DNA of 64,000 bases. It comes from Acinetobacter phage AM24. A program made the position numbers and the translations under genes. Of the stretch, positions 36,523 to 46,842 are shown one piece after another; the stretch's first letter is position 1; every line of letters begins with the position of its first letter. The notes under the pieces are model-generated. The model did no database searches. It saw only the letters and a program-made list of their open reading frames with translations, and had not been told where the DNA came from. The stretch lies in the sequence record KY000079.2; one strand, given 5' to 3'.

Positions 36523-36933
36523 ATGGAAATTATGCCACTATCATCACCTACAGGGCGTGTCAATTTAAAAGTATTGAGACATGTTGGTGGGTATTACGAT
36601 GAAGATGGGATGTGGGTTGGTGGTCAATATCAAGAGATTTCTGTTATTGCCAATGTTCAACCAGCTAACAGATGGAACGTACAACAACAATTAAAAGAAG
36701 GGGACAGACAGAAAGATACAATCTTAGTTCTCTGTTACGACAATCTTGTCAAGGCAGATGATAGGGCTGATCCTTCAGGGAATCCTCAAGTTAAAACCAA
36801 AGCTGATATTGTTGTCTGGAAAGATAAATACTATGAGGTAAAAACAGCAGAACCTTATGAAATGGGTGTGCTCAATCACTGTGAATGTATTTGTGTAAGG
36901 CTAGATGATGAATCACCATTTATTGGAGGTTAA
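36523..36933 (+). CDS. head closure/tail completion protein
   Basis: 136 aa. Position only. Confidence 0.35.
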   Translation: MEIMPLSSPTGRVNLKVLRHVGGYYDEDGMWVGGQYQEISVIANVQPANRWNVQQQLKEGDRQKDTILVLCYDNLVKADDRADPSGNPQVKTKADIVVWKDKYYEVKTAEPYEMGVLNHCECICVRLDDESPFIGG

Positions 36934-36935
36934 TC

Positions 36936-37502
36936 ATGCAAGACAGAAGACAATTCTCAAGAGCATTTAGAGAGTTGATGCCAGATGTACAGTTCTACTG
37001 GTCTGGACAAGAAGGTGTAAAACTAACTCCCCCAATGGTTCTATTTGATGTTTTAGCCGATGAAATTGTTGGTATGGGTGAAAAACCAACCTCAACCGCA
37101 CCAAGAGATGTAGCTGGTGATACTGACTATGTTGGACGTTATGGGGAAACTAGAGAGGTAGTCGTTCGGGTTTCCTTTATAGGTAAATTTACTGATAGCA
37201 CATATGCTAATTCCAGAAAGTTTATGGCAATCGTAAAAAGTTTTCAAGGAAGAAGTGCATTTTACCGACAGGGATTGTCTTTAGCAGGTGTCTCTCCGAT
37301 GAGGCCAGTTGATGTTTCTACAGAGACTACAGCCTATACAAACAACTATGTGGATCTTACCCTTAGATATAAATCAATCTTTGAATTTAATTTAGAGCCT
37401 ATTGAAGAAGTAGAAGTGAGCCATGTTCTCACTATTGACGAAGATTTAGGGACTCCAGAACCTGACTACACAATAACAGGTACAAACACTATCACCAGAT
37501 AA
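36936..37502 (+). CDS. tail completion/neck protein
   Basis: 188 aa. Position only. Confidence 0.35.
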   Translation: MQDRRQFSRAFRELMPDVQFYWSGQEGVKLTPPMVLFDVLADEIVGMGEKPTSTAPRDVAGDTDYVGRYGETREVVVRVSFIGKFTDSTYANSRKFMAIVKSFQGRSAFYRQGLSLAGVSPMRPVDVSTETTAYTNNYVDLTLRYKSIFEFNLEPIEEVEVSHVLTIDEDLGTPEPDYTITGTNTITR

Positions 37503-37515
37503 AAGAGGAAGAAAA

Positions 37516-38544
37516 ATGGCTTCAAAACTTTCTGAAGTAGTGAATGTTGTTATTAGAAGAGAGACTAGTTTCATCCGTGAAGCTGATTTAAACACAATGG
37601 CTATTGTCTCAAATAACACAACATTTACAGATGCATACCGCATCTACACTAATATTGATCAAATTTTAGATGATGGCTTTGATACAGATTCTTATGTTTA
37701 TAAAGCAGCAGCAATGGCTTTTGGACAAGAAATTAAACCAGCTAAGATTGTTGTTACAGGTGGTGCTGTTGCAACTGGCGAGTATGTTACAAAGCTTACA
37801 AGTACATTAAGTGCATATAACCAATTTTTATACGTTGTCACAGATGCTACAGCAGATGCAGATATTCTTGCAATTGCAGCTTATGTGGAAACACAAGAGT
37901 TATTTTATGGAGTTACTATGACTGATATTACAGCACAAGGCAACTTGATGACTCAGCTAAAAACTCTTGGCTACGATCGTACACTTGTTTTATTCAATGA
38001 AAATACTACAGGAACTATCCCAGAAGCTGGATGGATTGCTAGATTTGGTTCTGAGCAAGCTGGAAGTATCACTTGGGTTCTTAAACCAGTTAAAGGTCTT
38101 TTACCATCAAAACTTTCTGAAACACAGAAAACATTCTTAGAGACCAACAACGTTTCATGGCTAGACAGTTATGAAAACGATGCGGTTATCTCTAATCGTG
38201 GTGGTAAGGTTGCTTCTGGTGAGTGGATTGATGTAATGCTTGGGGTTCAGTGGATTATCACTCGCTTGAGAGAAGCAGTTTACAACGTTCTAAGAAACCA
38301 ACGTAAAGTAGGTATGAGTAATGAAGGGGTTGCTTTAATTGAGGCACCGATTCGTAGAGTTTTAGAACAAGCTATCCTGTTTGGTATCTTGGCAAGAGAA
38401 CCACAATATTCTCTTATCATGCCTGATGTTCTAGCATTGACACCAGCAGAACGTAACTCTCGTAAACTTAAAGGCATCACTTTCAGAGCTAGACTTGAAG
38501 GTGCTATTCACTATGTTGACATTGAAGGTACTGTTTACCCTTAA
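37516..38544 (+). CDS. tail sheath-like protein (short form)
   Basis: 342 aa, immediately upstream of the tube-like genes in a module that also carries gp25/J-like baseplate genes. Assigned by position only. Confidence 0.4.
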   Translation: MASKLSEVVNVVIRRETSFIREADLNTMAIVSNNTTFTDAYRIYTNIDQILDDGFDTDSYVYKAAAMAFGQEIKPAKIVVTGGAVATGEYVTKLTSTLSAYNQFLYVVTDATADADILAIAAYVETQELFYGVTMTDITAQGNLMTQLKTLGYDRTLVLFNENTTGTIPEAGWIARFGSEQAGSITWVLKPVKGLLPSKLSETQKTFLETNNVSWLDSYENDAVISNRGGKVASGEWIDVMLGVQWIITRLREAVYNVLRNQRKVGMSNEGVALIEAPIRRVLEQAILFGILAREPQYSLIMPDVLALTPAERNSRKLKGITFRARLEGAIHYVDIEGTVYP

Positions 38545-38581
38545 TCTGAGGGTAAACTTACTTAAAATAAGGAGAGTTTAG

Positions 38582-39109
38582 ATGGCTGAACAAAACTTAG
38601 GTACATACAGTGCTGAAGAAGTTCAAGTAATTTTAGAGCAAGAAAGTACAGGTCTAGTTTATAGGGTTGTAGGTTTCATGGAAGATTCTATGGTTACTAT
38701 AACACCTTCAGTAGATACATACACACCATACAATGGTGCAGATAATACTGGTGCCCGTATTCACAATGGTAACAGAAGTGCAAACGTGGTTTTATCTCTA
38801 CAACAAACTTCACCTTCGAACGATGTCTTAACAAGACTACTTCAAAAGGATGTTCGTTCACGTAGAAATGAAGGTCTCTTCTCAGTAATGATTAAGGATG
38901 CTTCTGGACGTACTGTTGCGACAGCACGACAAGCATACATTACAAGACTACCAGAAATCACTTACACAAACAACATGTCAGTGCGTGAATGGAATATTTA
39001 TGCATACAACTCAGAAATCTTCGTTGGTGGTAACGCTATGTTAGAACCAGAAGTTGTAGATGCTTTAACAACACTTGAAGCGCCTATCGACAACACTTGG
39101 GTTGACTAA
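38582..39109 (+). CDS. tail tube protein (paralog 1)
   Basis: 175 aa. Shares LSLQQTSPSN with the next two genes. Confidence 0.45.
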   Translation: MAEQNLGTYSAEEVQVILEQESTGLVYRVVGFMEDSMVTITPSVDTYTPYNGADNTGARIHNGNRSANVVLSLQQTSPSNDVLTRLLQKDVRSRRNEGLFSVMIKDASGRTVATARQAYITRLPEITYTNNMSVREWNIYAYNSEIFVGGNAMLEPEVVDALTTLEAPIDNTWVD

Positions 39110-39165
39110 TGCTTGGGAGGGTTGGGTTTTCCTTCCCTCCCTTTTTGTTTCTTTGAGAGGATATT

Positions 39166-39732
39166 ATGATCAATGAATTGATGTATTACTCACCAATGGA
39201 TGTGCAATTCACCATTCTTGGAAAAACTATTTCAGGTTATGCTGAAGACAACTTCATTGTGATTGAGCCTCAAAATGACACATCAACCATGAAGGATTCT
39301 CTTGATGGTAGAGTGCAAATAACACAGAAACCTAATGCAATGTATACTGTAACTCTTTCATTGCAGCAGACATCACCAGATAACACCTTATTGAGTGCAC
39401 TACATACAATCTACAAGAGATTTGGTTCAACATTAAAACTTCCATTGATTATTAAAGATCATAATACAGGGACCACAATGTATGCAACTGATGTTTTCTT
39501 TAGAAGGGAACCTACAGTTACTTTTGGTTCAGGTATGAATGTACTTAACTGGGAGTTTAATGTAAAGAATCCTTCTTTTGTCATTAGTGGTAACCCTATA
39601 GGTGATAATGATGATATTGAAAGAATGATCAACCAAGCTATTCAAATAGCTGGTTATTTAGATATTGACCTATCTTCAATTTTAGGAACTGTTAATAATC
39701 TTTTTGAAGATGTTAGAGACATATTTGTCTAG
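39166..39732 (+). CDS. tail tube-like protein (paralog 2)
   Basis: 188 aa. Carries LSLQQTSPDN. Confidence 0.4.
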   Translation: MINELMYYSPMDVQFTILGKTISGYAEDNFIVIEPQNDTSTMKDSLDGRVQITQKPNAMYTVTLSLQQTSPDNTLLSALHTIYKRFGSTLKLPLIIKDHNTGTTMYATDVFFRREPTVTFGSGMNVLNWEFNVKNPSFVISGNPIGDNDDIERMINQAIQIAGYLDIDLSSILGTVNNLFEDVRDIFV

Positions 39733-39735
39733 GGA

Positions 39736-40350
39736 GTGAATTATATGGCTGATCTTGATTTTGATCAATACATCAAAGAAAACCCCGACATCTTAGGTCA
39801 AACAGTTGATAGAGATTCCTTGCTAGGTCCACAAGCTACAAATACTGTTTTAAAGTCATCAACAAAGGCTTCTGAGAGCTTTGGTAACTTTGTTAAGCAA
39901 ACCCAAAGTGTTCTTAACAGTAGAGTTTTTACAACCCTTAAGAGGATTGCTGGAAAGATTATCTCTAATGGTGAGGGTTCTTATGACCCTTCAAAGCATA
40001 TCTTTTATGTTGGTGATTTAAAATTAGAGGGTGTTGTTGAATGTAGAATCAACTACCCAGATGTTTTCAAAACTTACGAAAGTATGGCAATTGGTGGAAA
40101 CCCTGTAACCAGAAAAAGAAATGGTGTCATTACTATGGAGATTGTACTGCAAAGAACCTCTCCTAGTTGTAATGCACTTAATCAAGCATGGGATATCATG
40201 TATAGAACTGGTAGGGGAAAACTTAAAATCCACATTGTCGATAATGGTGGTATTGGCCTAGATGGTGATGCCATTATTGTTAAAAAACCAGACAATACAA
40301 TGGATATTGATGGTGCAGATTTTACATATACCTTTCAATTATTTAGATAA
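39736..40350 (+). CDS. tail tube-like protein (paralog 3)
   Basis: 204 aa. Carries VLQRTSPSCN in the equivalent position. Confidence 0.4.
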   Translation: MNYMADLDFDQYIKENPDILGQTVDRDSLLGPQATNTVLKSSTKASESFGNFVKQTQSVLNSRVFTTLKRIAGKIISNGEGSYDPSKHIFYVGDLKLEGVVECRINYPDVFKTYESMAIGGNPVTRKRNGVITMEIVLQRTSPSCNALNQAWDIMYRTGRGKLKIHIVDNGGIGLDGDAIIVKKPDNTMDIDGADFTYTFQLFR

Positions 40351-40369
40351 TATCTTTGTTATATAAGGA

Positions 40370-40801
40370 GTGAATATGACACAAGAACTACAACGAGTTG
40401 TTACTGTTAACGACAAAGAATACACAATTCAAATCTTCAAGGGTGAAACCTCAATGGTTATCTTCCATGAGTTAAGCCGTGTAATCATCCCCTTCATTAA
40501 GGATTTACAGGATGCCTTCACAACTGAAGATGAAGCAGAAAAAAGTAAAATGATTTTAAGTGCTCTAGAGAAAGTATTCACTACAGTGGATTATAACACA
40601 GCACTCAAACTCTTAAAAACTCTGGTAAGTCAAGTATATGGTGCCAATGGCCGTGTAATTGTTCCTAATGATGAATTCGCTAAGAACATTACTTCATGGT
40701 ACTTGTTAGCTTGGGAAGTTATCTCATTCAACTACGCTGATGTTTTTTCCTTTCTCGGTTCAGGAGAGACAGCAGCAGACCTGAACCGAGACTTAATCTA
40801 A
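40370..40801 (+). CDS. tail assembly chaperone
   Basis: 143 aa, acidic, immediately upstream of the tape measure gene. Its 3' end overlaps an ORF in the -1 frame. Confidence 0.5.
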   Translation: MNMTQELQRVVTVNDKEYTIQIFKGETSMVIFHELSRVIIPFIKDLQDAFTTEDEAEKSKMILSALEKVFTTVDYNTALKLLKTLVSQVYGANGRVIVPNDEFAKNITSWYLLAWEVISFNYADVFSFLGSGETAADLNRDLI

Positions 40802-41010
40802 AATTAAGGGCTGAACTTGACAAATTAGATGAAGAGTTCAGCATGCCTCATGAATGGCTGCAAATACTTAGTGCTAAAAAACCTTTGGTTACCTATATGG
40901 AATTAAGGAATATGACATGCTCTGAAGTATACGACATTCTTGAGTTGCAAGATAGTTTAGACCTCTACAGGGATGTTGCTGAATATATCCAAGAGCAAAA
41001 TAAAAAATAA
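40741..41010 (+). CDS. putative -1 frameshift extension of tail chaperone (G/GT-like)
   Basis: An open -1 frame runs from the T6 run (40743-40748) to the stop at 41008-41010, in the same frame as the tape measure gene. This is the classic arrangement of programmed chaperone frameshifts. Confidence 0.35.
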   Translation, partial: CFFLSRFRRDSSRPEPRLNLKLRAELDKLDEEFSMPHEWLQILSAKKPLVTYMELRNMTCSEVYDILELQDSLDLYRDVAEYIQEQNKK

Positions 41011-41025
41011 TTGTGAGGTAATATA

Positions 41026-43140
41026 ATGGAAATTGCTAAGCTGTTTGCCTCTGTCGGCTTCCGAGTTGACACAACAAACCTTGAAAAGTTCGAAAGCAAG
41101 TTAGGCCAAGTACAGACTAAGTTTGTAGGTTTTAGCCAAACAATTAGTGCTGTTGGTACACAAGCATCCACAGCAATTGTCCCTGTAAATAATCTCCTAA
41201 AAGCTTTAGATTTCAAAGGAAAAAGCACAGGTATTACACCTTTAGTTACCGCTTTAGGTAAATTATCAACAACCGTGAACTCAATGAATACTTCTGAGTT
41301 CCACTCAAAGATTCAAAAAATTACATTAGCACTAGAAGAATCTAGACCTAGTATATGGAAAAGTAAAAATGCTTGGGAAGCATACGCTAAAGCTGTAGCA
41401 GAAGCAAGGGCTGCCTTAACAGGAAACTGGGGAAGAATGCCTCCTAGCCCAAGAACTGCTGCTAGTAGTGCTGCTGGGGTAGCTGGAGGTATGGCTTTAG
41501 GGTCAACTATGAGAGGAGGTGGTGGTTATGTATCATCACCCCACTACACACCAGCAAGTAGACTTTTAGCCCCTATGGTTGGCTCTCACTTAGCTTATTT
41601 AGGTTCTGGTGGTGTTATGGCTGGGGTTGGTGCTATCTATGCAACTAAAGCCACTCTAGATAGAGCACAAGAGAACGTAACAGCAGAAAACTTCGTAAAG
41701 ATGGCCTCTAAAGATGATGCCGAGTTCAAACAAAACCGCGATTGGTTGTGGGAAAGATCACAGTACTATGGTACTGACATCAATGCCAACATGGAAGGTT
41801 TTGGTAAGATTTATATGAACACCATTGATTCTCTAGGAAGAAAAGCTTCTTTAAATGTTATTGAAGACATTATGAAATATAACACTGCTATGCACACCTC
41901 TAGGGAAGCTCAGAAGTTTATTAACAAGTCATTGTACCAAATGGCAGGTACAGCCCAAGTAAACGCTCAAGACTATAACCAATGGGAAGAACACGTAGCT
42001 GGTGGTAACAAAGTGGCTTCTGCTGCTCTTGATATCTTAGCACGACAAGGTAAAGTCCAAAAAGATTGGCGTACATTAGGTAATGCTAAAAAAGCTATCT
42101 CTGAATTAAAACTTGAAGGTAAAGATTTAGTTCCAGCCTTGACACAAGCTATGGCTAATGCTTCTGCTAAAGGTCTTGAAACTGGTCGTACTGGTTACCA
42201 AGCCCAACAAACAAGATTCCAAAACCAAGTGACACAATTTGCTAGGGATCTTGCTGATGGTGGCTTGTTCGATATGGCTAAGAATTTCTTTAAGTTACTA
42301 TCAACCATTATGGATGTCATGAAGGCAATGATGCCTGTATGGACTGGTTTAGCTAAGGTTATGGGATTCTTCTTTGAGAATTTAGCTTCTGGCATTGAAG
42401 CCATTAAGGAATTCTTGAAGTATAGCCTAGATTTTATATCATTCTTATACGAAACACGTACTGGTGCTCTTATTGCCAATGCTGGTATTGCTTTACTTCT
42501 TATTGGACTTTGGAGATTCTTCAGTGGCTTCAAGAAGTTTATGACTGCTGTTAAATTATTAATGGCTTCAAACCCAATACTATTAGCATTAATGGCAATC
42601 ATTACTGTTCTAGGTTTCCTATATGGTCAATGGAAAGCACAACAAGAAGGTTTAGATAACTGGTTAGATGTCTTTACAGATGTTCTAACAATTGCCAAAT
42701 ATTCATTCTTAGAGTTTGTCTACAATGTACAATCATACTTCTTTATGATGATTTCGTCAATTGTCTCTAAAGGCATGGAAATCAAAACTTGGTTGTCTGA
42801 TGTAATTGAAGAAATGAGGGAGATGAGTAAAGTTGATGACTTAATTGTTACTGGTTTTGAGAAAGTTGAAGAGTTGAGACAAAGAAACAAAAAGAACCGA
42901 GAGGAACTTGATGGAGTATTTGAAAAATATGGAATCAACAGAAATAGCTTCTGGTTACCAATGATGAAAATACCACAACCACCAACACCATCTCAAAATG
43001 CATATGGTAATGGCTTAAGTGGCTTTACTGGTGCTGACTTCAGAATCAAAACTGAAGGTCAATTCACACTGGTTGACCAAAAAGGAAAACCTCTGGGTAA
43101 TGCTGAGAATATTAATTCTCAAGTTGCTTATGGTGTTTAG
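41026..43140 (+). CDS. tail tape measure protein
   Basis: 704 aa, predicted helical. Contains Gly-rich MGSTMRGGGGY and a C-terminal hydrophobic block (IANAGIALLLIGLW...LLALMAIITVLGFLY). Position fits a tape measure. Confidence 0.75.
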   Translation: MEIAKLFASVGFRVDTTNLEKFESKLGQVQTKFVGFSQTISAVGTQASTAIVPVNNLLKALDFKGKSTGITPLVTALGKLSTTVNSMNTSEFHSKIQKITLALEESRPSIWKSKNAWEAYAKAVAEARAALTGNWGRMPPSPRTAASSAAGVAGGMALGSTMRGGGGYVSSPHYTPASRLLAPMVGSHLAYLGSGGVMAGVGAIYATKATLDRAQENVTAENFVKMASKDDAEFKQNRDWLWERSQYYGTDINANMEGFGKIYMNTIDSLGRKASLNVIEDIMKYNTAMHTSREAQKFINKSLYQMAGTAQVNAQDYNQWEEHVAGGNKVASAALDILARQGKVQKDWRTLGNAKKAISELKLEGKDLVPALTQAMANASAKGLETGRTGYQAQQTRFQNQVTQFARDLADGGLFDMAKNFFKLLSTIMDVMKAMMPVWTGLAKVMGFFFENLASGIEAIKEFLKYSLDFISFLYETRTGALIANAGIALLLIGLWRFFSGFKKFMTAVKLLMASNPILLALMAIITVLGFLYGQWKAQQEGLDNWLDVFTDVLTIAKYSFLEFVYNVQSYFFMMISSIVSKGMEIKTWLSDVIEEMREMSKVDDLIVTGFEKVEELRQRNKKNREELDGVFEKYGINRNSFWLPMMKIPQPPTPSQNAYGNGLSGFTGADFRIKTEGQFTLVDQKGKPLGNAENINSQVAYGV

Positions 43141-43177
43141 GTAGCAGAATACAGGAGAATAAAATGAGGGATCATGA

Positions 43178-44071
43178 ATGAGATATCACCTATATTCAAT
43201 AAACACGGGAGAGGTAATCTCTCTTGATGCTACTACAAGCTTTAGTGAAAGCCATAAGGCCAATGTCACAGAGCATCCTGTGGAAATGGGCACACCAATT
43301 AGTGACCATGTGTTCTTATCCAACCCAACACTTAACCTGAAGGGTATCGTGACAGATTATGATGTAGTTAATAGTCAATATATTGACTTGTCAAGCTTCT
43401 CGGTATCCTCAGTAGTTCAAGATGTAATTAGTCTTTTTAAGGACCCTACAGATGTTGATAATATTTCAACACAGGATGACACTAAGTTAGACTTTAGGTC
43501 AATTGCTGTTGCAAACGCCTTGAAGAAAGCTTTTTATGATCGCCATGTTTTCTCTTTGTTTGTTTTAGATGACACAGAAGATACACCACCTATTGATCAC
43601 TACAACACAGTGGTAATCGATGGTCTAAACTTCACTAGAAGTGCTGACAATGGTGGTGAAATGATTGAGGTTGATATTGCACTCAAGCAAATACGATTAG
43701 CCAAAATCAGAAGATCTGAAGTGACAAAAGCCGAGAAGGATGCCTTAGATAAAGCTGTTTCTCAGACAGCTAAATCAAACGCTACTAAAGATAGTACTAG
43801 TGGTTCATCTAAGAGTACTAAAGATGGTAAAGGGACTAAAACAAGTGGTGATGGTGCCTTTTCAGATCCTTCAGATATTAGCAAACAATTTGATGTTGGT
43901 GCTAAAGAAGGTGAAGGTGCTGGAAGTTTAGTTGGTAAGGTTAGATCCAAGACAGCAGCTATGGCTAAACAAAAGATGGTAGATGCAGAAGATGCTAGAA
44001 AGTTAGCCGAAAGAAACCGAGCAGGTATTTCTGAAGGTAAAACTTACGGAACTACTTATGGTGGTAGATAA
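43178..44071 (+). CDS. tail/baseplate-associated protein
   Basis: 297 aa with a Ser/Thr/Lys/Gly-rich low-complexity C-terminal half. Position only. Confidence 0.35.
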   Translation: MRYHLYSINTGEVISLDATTSFSESHKANVTEHPVEMGTPISDHVFLSNPTLNLKGIVTDYDVVNSQYIDLSSFSVSSVVQDVISLFKDPTDVDNISTQDDTKLDFRSIAVANALKKAFYDRHVFSLFVLDDTEDTPPIDHYNTVVIDGLNFTRSADNGGEMIEVDIALKQIRLAKIRRSEVTKAEKDALDKAVSQTAKSNATKDSTSGSSKSTKDGKGTKTSGDGAFSDPSDISKQFDVGAKEGEGAGSLVGKVRSKTAAMAKQKMVDAEDARKLAERNRAGISEGKTYGTTYGGR

Positions 44072-44085
44072 TTTAAGGAGTATGT

Positions 44086-44433
44086 ATGGAGCAATTAAAA
44101 TATTATGGTTGTAGGGTAGCACTTTATAACGATAAAAATTACACATGCTTTATCAAGCTCTCAGATTTTACCTACCACTTAGCCTTTAGGTACAACACCT
44201 TTGCTGGTGCATATATGTTAACTGTATATGATGCCAATGGTAATACCCTAATATCAAACAAAATGGTCAAACCTGACAGGATGTTTGATATTAGACCTAG
44301 AGAGAATTCTGTAGAATCTTTGAACTTGGTATTTAACAAAATATTCCCAAATGCTGATATAAATTATGACAAATGGGATGACAACATGATGTGCACAGCC
44401 TATCTTACACGATGGGAGAATGTAGAGCAATAG
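44086..44433 (+). CDS. hypothetical tail protein
   Basis: 115 aa. Position only. Confidence 0.3.
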   Translation: MEQLKYYGCRVALYNDKNYTCFIKLSDFTYHLAFRYNTFAGAYMLTVYDANGNTLISNKMVKPDRMFDIRPRENSVESLNLVFNKIFPNADINYDKWDDNMMCTAYLTRWENVEQ

Positions 44434-44445
44434 GAAGGAGGGTTT

Positions 44446-45642
44446 ATGTCTGAATATTTATGGGACAGGAAGATCAGGGTTACAGTTTACAAACAAGGCT
44501 TGACAACTGATGAAATCACCAAAATCCTTGCAAGCACAGATGATGGTCTTGAAGAGGGTTTCGATAGAAGCCCAACTCAGACAGGTATTTTAAAGTTTGA
44601 AATTGATCAAGAGTTACCTATTGAATTTGAGATTACAAAAACTCTAGACAATAGTGGAAAGAATAACTCTGCAAGTTTAAGAATATACAATATTAGTGAA
44701 GATACTGCAAAAACTATGGGCCACCAAATGCTCACAGTTAAAATTGAAGTAGCTTATAGAGGTATGCCTCTTACACCAATCTTCTTAGGGGATGTTATTA
44801 GTGCATCCTACAAAAGAGGTAAAGAAGGAAACTATGCTGACTTTGAAATGAGTCAATCATACCTAATACAAAATACAGGAATCAAGTTCTCTGCTACATT
44901 CCCTGCTGGGATGACCTATGCGGAAGCTGTGTTTTTTGTTTTAGATTTTTATAGTTTTGCTGGTGAGTTTTACTCTGCCAAAGAAGATGAAATTGCCATG
45001 TTCCAAAAGCCATTACCTTATGGGTTAAGCTTAGAGGGAAACATGGCTGAATGTTTAGCAAAGCTTTTAAAGCCTATAGGTATGAATTGGCACATTACTC
45101 AAGCTAACACTATTCAAATTTTTACTGATAGGGTTTTTGAGGAAGGTGGCACTAGTGGAACAATCTCAAAACAAGGTCTAGTTCCAAATAAAACACAATC
45201 AAGTGATGTTACAACAAGCACTGGTTTAACAATATACTCATTCGATGCTGATAGTGGTTTGATTGAAAAACCATACCTAAAAACTGAAACAGTTACAAAA
45301 AGAATGGGTGAGGTAGCTAACAACGAAACATTCATTGCAGTAAAACCTACAAAGTCAAAAGCTAAATCTACAAGTGAAGCGGTTGGTACAAATAAAAAGA
45401 AAACCAAAAAAGCTGTAAAGACACCAAACAAACCGAAGATCACTGTAGCTCGACAAGTTGTTGAGTTTAAAACCCTACTATTACCTCAAATAGAACCAAA
45501 AACGGTTGTTGATATTGTTTCCAAAACACAGGAAAACATTAGTGGTCGTTATGGAATCTTAGAGGTTAAGTATACAGGTGCCAGCTATGATGATAAATGG
45601 TACTGTGAATGCATCGGAGTTGCAACCAGTAAGATAGATTAA
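44446..45642 (+). CDS. baseplate hub protein (Mu gpP / P2 gpD-like position)
   Basis: 398 aa. Its size and its place before the spike, gp25-like and J-like genes match the Mu and P2 hub proteins. Confidence 0.4.
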   Translation: MSEYLWDRKIRVTVYKQGLTTDEITKILASTDDGLEEGFDRSPTQTGILKFEIDQELPIEFEITKTLDNSGKNNSASLRIYNISEDTAKTMGHQMLTVKIEVAYRGMPLTPIFLGDVISASYKRGKEGNYADFEMSQSYLIQNTGIKFSATFPAGMTYAEAVFFVLDFYSFAGEFYSAKEDEIAMFQKPLPYGLSLEGNMAECLAKLLKPIGMNWHITQANTIQIFTDRVFEEGGTSGTISKQGLVPNKTQSSDVTTSTGLTIYSFDADSGLIEKPYLKTETVTKRMGEVANNETFIAVKPTKSKAKSTSEAVGTNKKKTKKAVKTPNKPKITVARQVVEFKTLLLPQIEPKTVVDIVSKTQENISGRYGILEVKYTGASYDDKWYCECIGVATSKID

Positions 45643-45646
45643 AGGA

Positions 45647-46396
45647 GTGAACATGAACACAGATTTTATCACAGCACTAAAGAAAGGTGCACAAACTCAG
45701 ACTGAGAACAGGTACTATTGTTTACCAGCCGAGGTTGTTGGTGTTGCCAATCTTGATAAGGGTGTAATTGATGTAAAACCAATTATTGAACGAGTGTATG
45801 ATGATGGATCTGTAAATGAAGTTCCTACCATATTATCTGTGCCAATAGCACACCCACACACAAGAAATAGTGCCATAATGTTGCCAGTAAATCAAGGTGA
45901 CAGTGTACTTTTAGTTTTCTCTCAAAGGGATATTTCTGCATTTAAAGGTGGAGCAAGAAGTTCCCATGAACCAGAAACAAGAAGAGTTCATGATCTAAAT
46001 GATGCCTTTGCCATTCTTGGAATTAGCCCCCTAGAGGAAAGCCCTTATGCATCACAGCAGCATTCCTTGCCACACTCCACAAGTGATGTTGTTGTGGTGC
46101 ATAATTTAGGTTCTTCAAATGAAAATGAAGTAAGACTAAAACGCAATGGAGACATTGAGTTAACTACACCAAATAATTTCGTAGTTAATGCAAAAACAGC
46201 ACAATTTAATGTTGACAAATTGATAAATACGGGTGATAATATTGTAGAGGGAGACTCTACTGTAAATAGCAACCAGACAGTTAATGGAATGACTAATCTT
46301 GTTGGTGGTGGTGTTGCCAAGGGAATCTCTCTAGAACAACATAGACACCATTACACCGATGATGGTAACGATATGATTACAGACCCTCCACAATAG
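45647..46396 (+). CDS. baseplate central spike (gpV/Mu gp45-like)
   Basis: 249 aa and beta-rich. Lies upstream of the gp25-like gene. Confidence 0.45.
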   Translation: MNMNTDFITALKKGAQTQTENRYYCLPAEVVGVANLDKGVIDVKPIIERVYDDGSVNEVPTILSVPIAHPHTRNSAIMLPVNQGDSVLLVFSQRDISAFKGGARSSHEPETRRVHDLNDAFAILGISPLEESPYASQQHSLPHSTSDVVVVHNLGSSNENEVRLKRNGDIELTTPNNFVVNAKTAQFNVDKLINTGDNIVEGDSTVNSNQTVNGMTNLVGGGVAKGISLEQHRHHYTDDGNDMITDPPQ

Positions 46397-46416
46397 TGAG
46401 GGTTTATTTTTAAGGG

Positions 46417-46833
46417 GTGTATATGGACATACTATTAGTAAATGGGAAGGTTTCCATTACAGGAAATCAACTCCATCCAACAACAGACCTTGCCAGTAAA
46501 GTTTCCCAAAGAATCTACGTAAGACTTAAAAGCAACAAAGGTTACTGGTTTCTTGACACTACCTTTGGGGTTGCTTGGCTTGATGAAATCTTTGGAAAAA
46601 GAAGAACTAAAGCTGCAATCGATACTCGACTTCAACAAGAAATCTTAAAAGACACTTATATTGAAAGAATTAGTTCTTGGTCATCTAACATTGATGGTCG
46701 TTCCTATAGTTGTCAATTTACCATACAGGTTATAAGAAGTCAAGATGAGGATAACACAATTACCATGAGGTTAGTTGGTAACGAATCTGGTCTTATCCTT
46801 CAAGATAGTCTAGGTAATGTATATGAAATATAG
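46417..46833 (+). CDS. baseplate wedge protein (gp25/GPW-like)
   Basis: 138 aa. Size and position match the gp25 family upstream of the J-like gene. Confidence 0.45.
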   Translation: MYMDILLVNGKVSITGNQLHPTTDLASKVSQRIYVRLKSNKGYWFLDTTFGVAWLDEIFGKRRTKAAIDTRLQQEILKDTYIERISSWSSNIDGRSYSCQFTIQVIRSQDEDNTITMRLVGNESGLILQDSLGNVYEI

Positions 46834-46842
46834 GAGGCTTAA

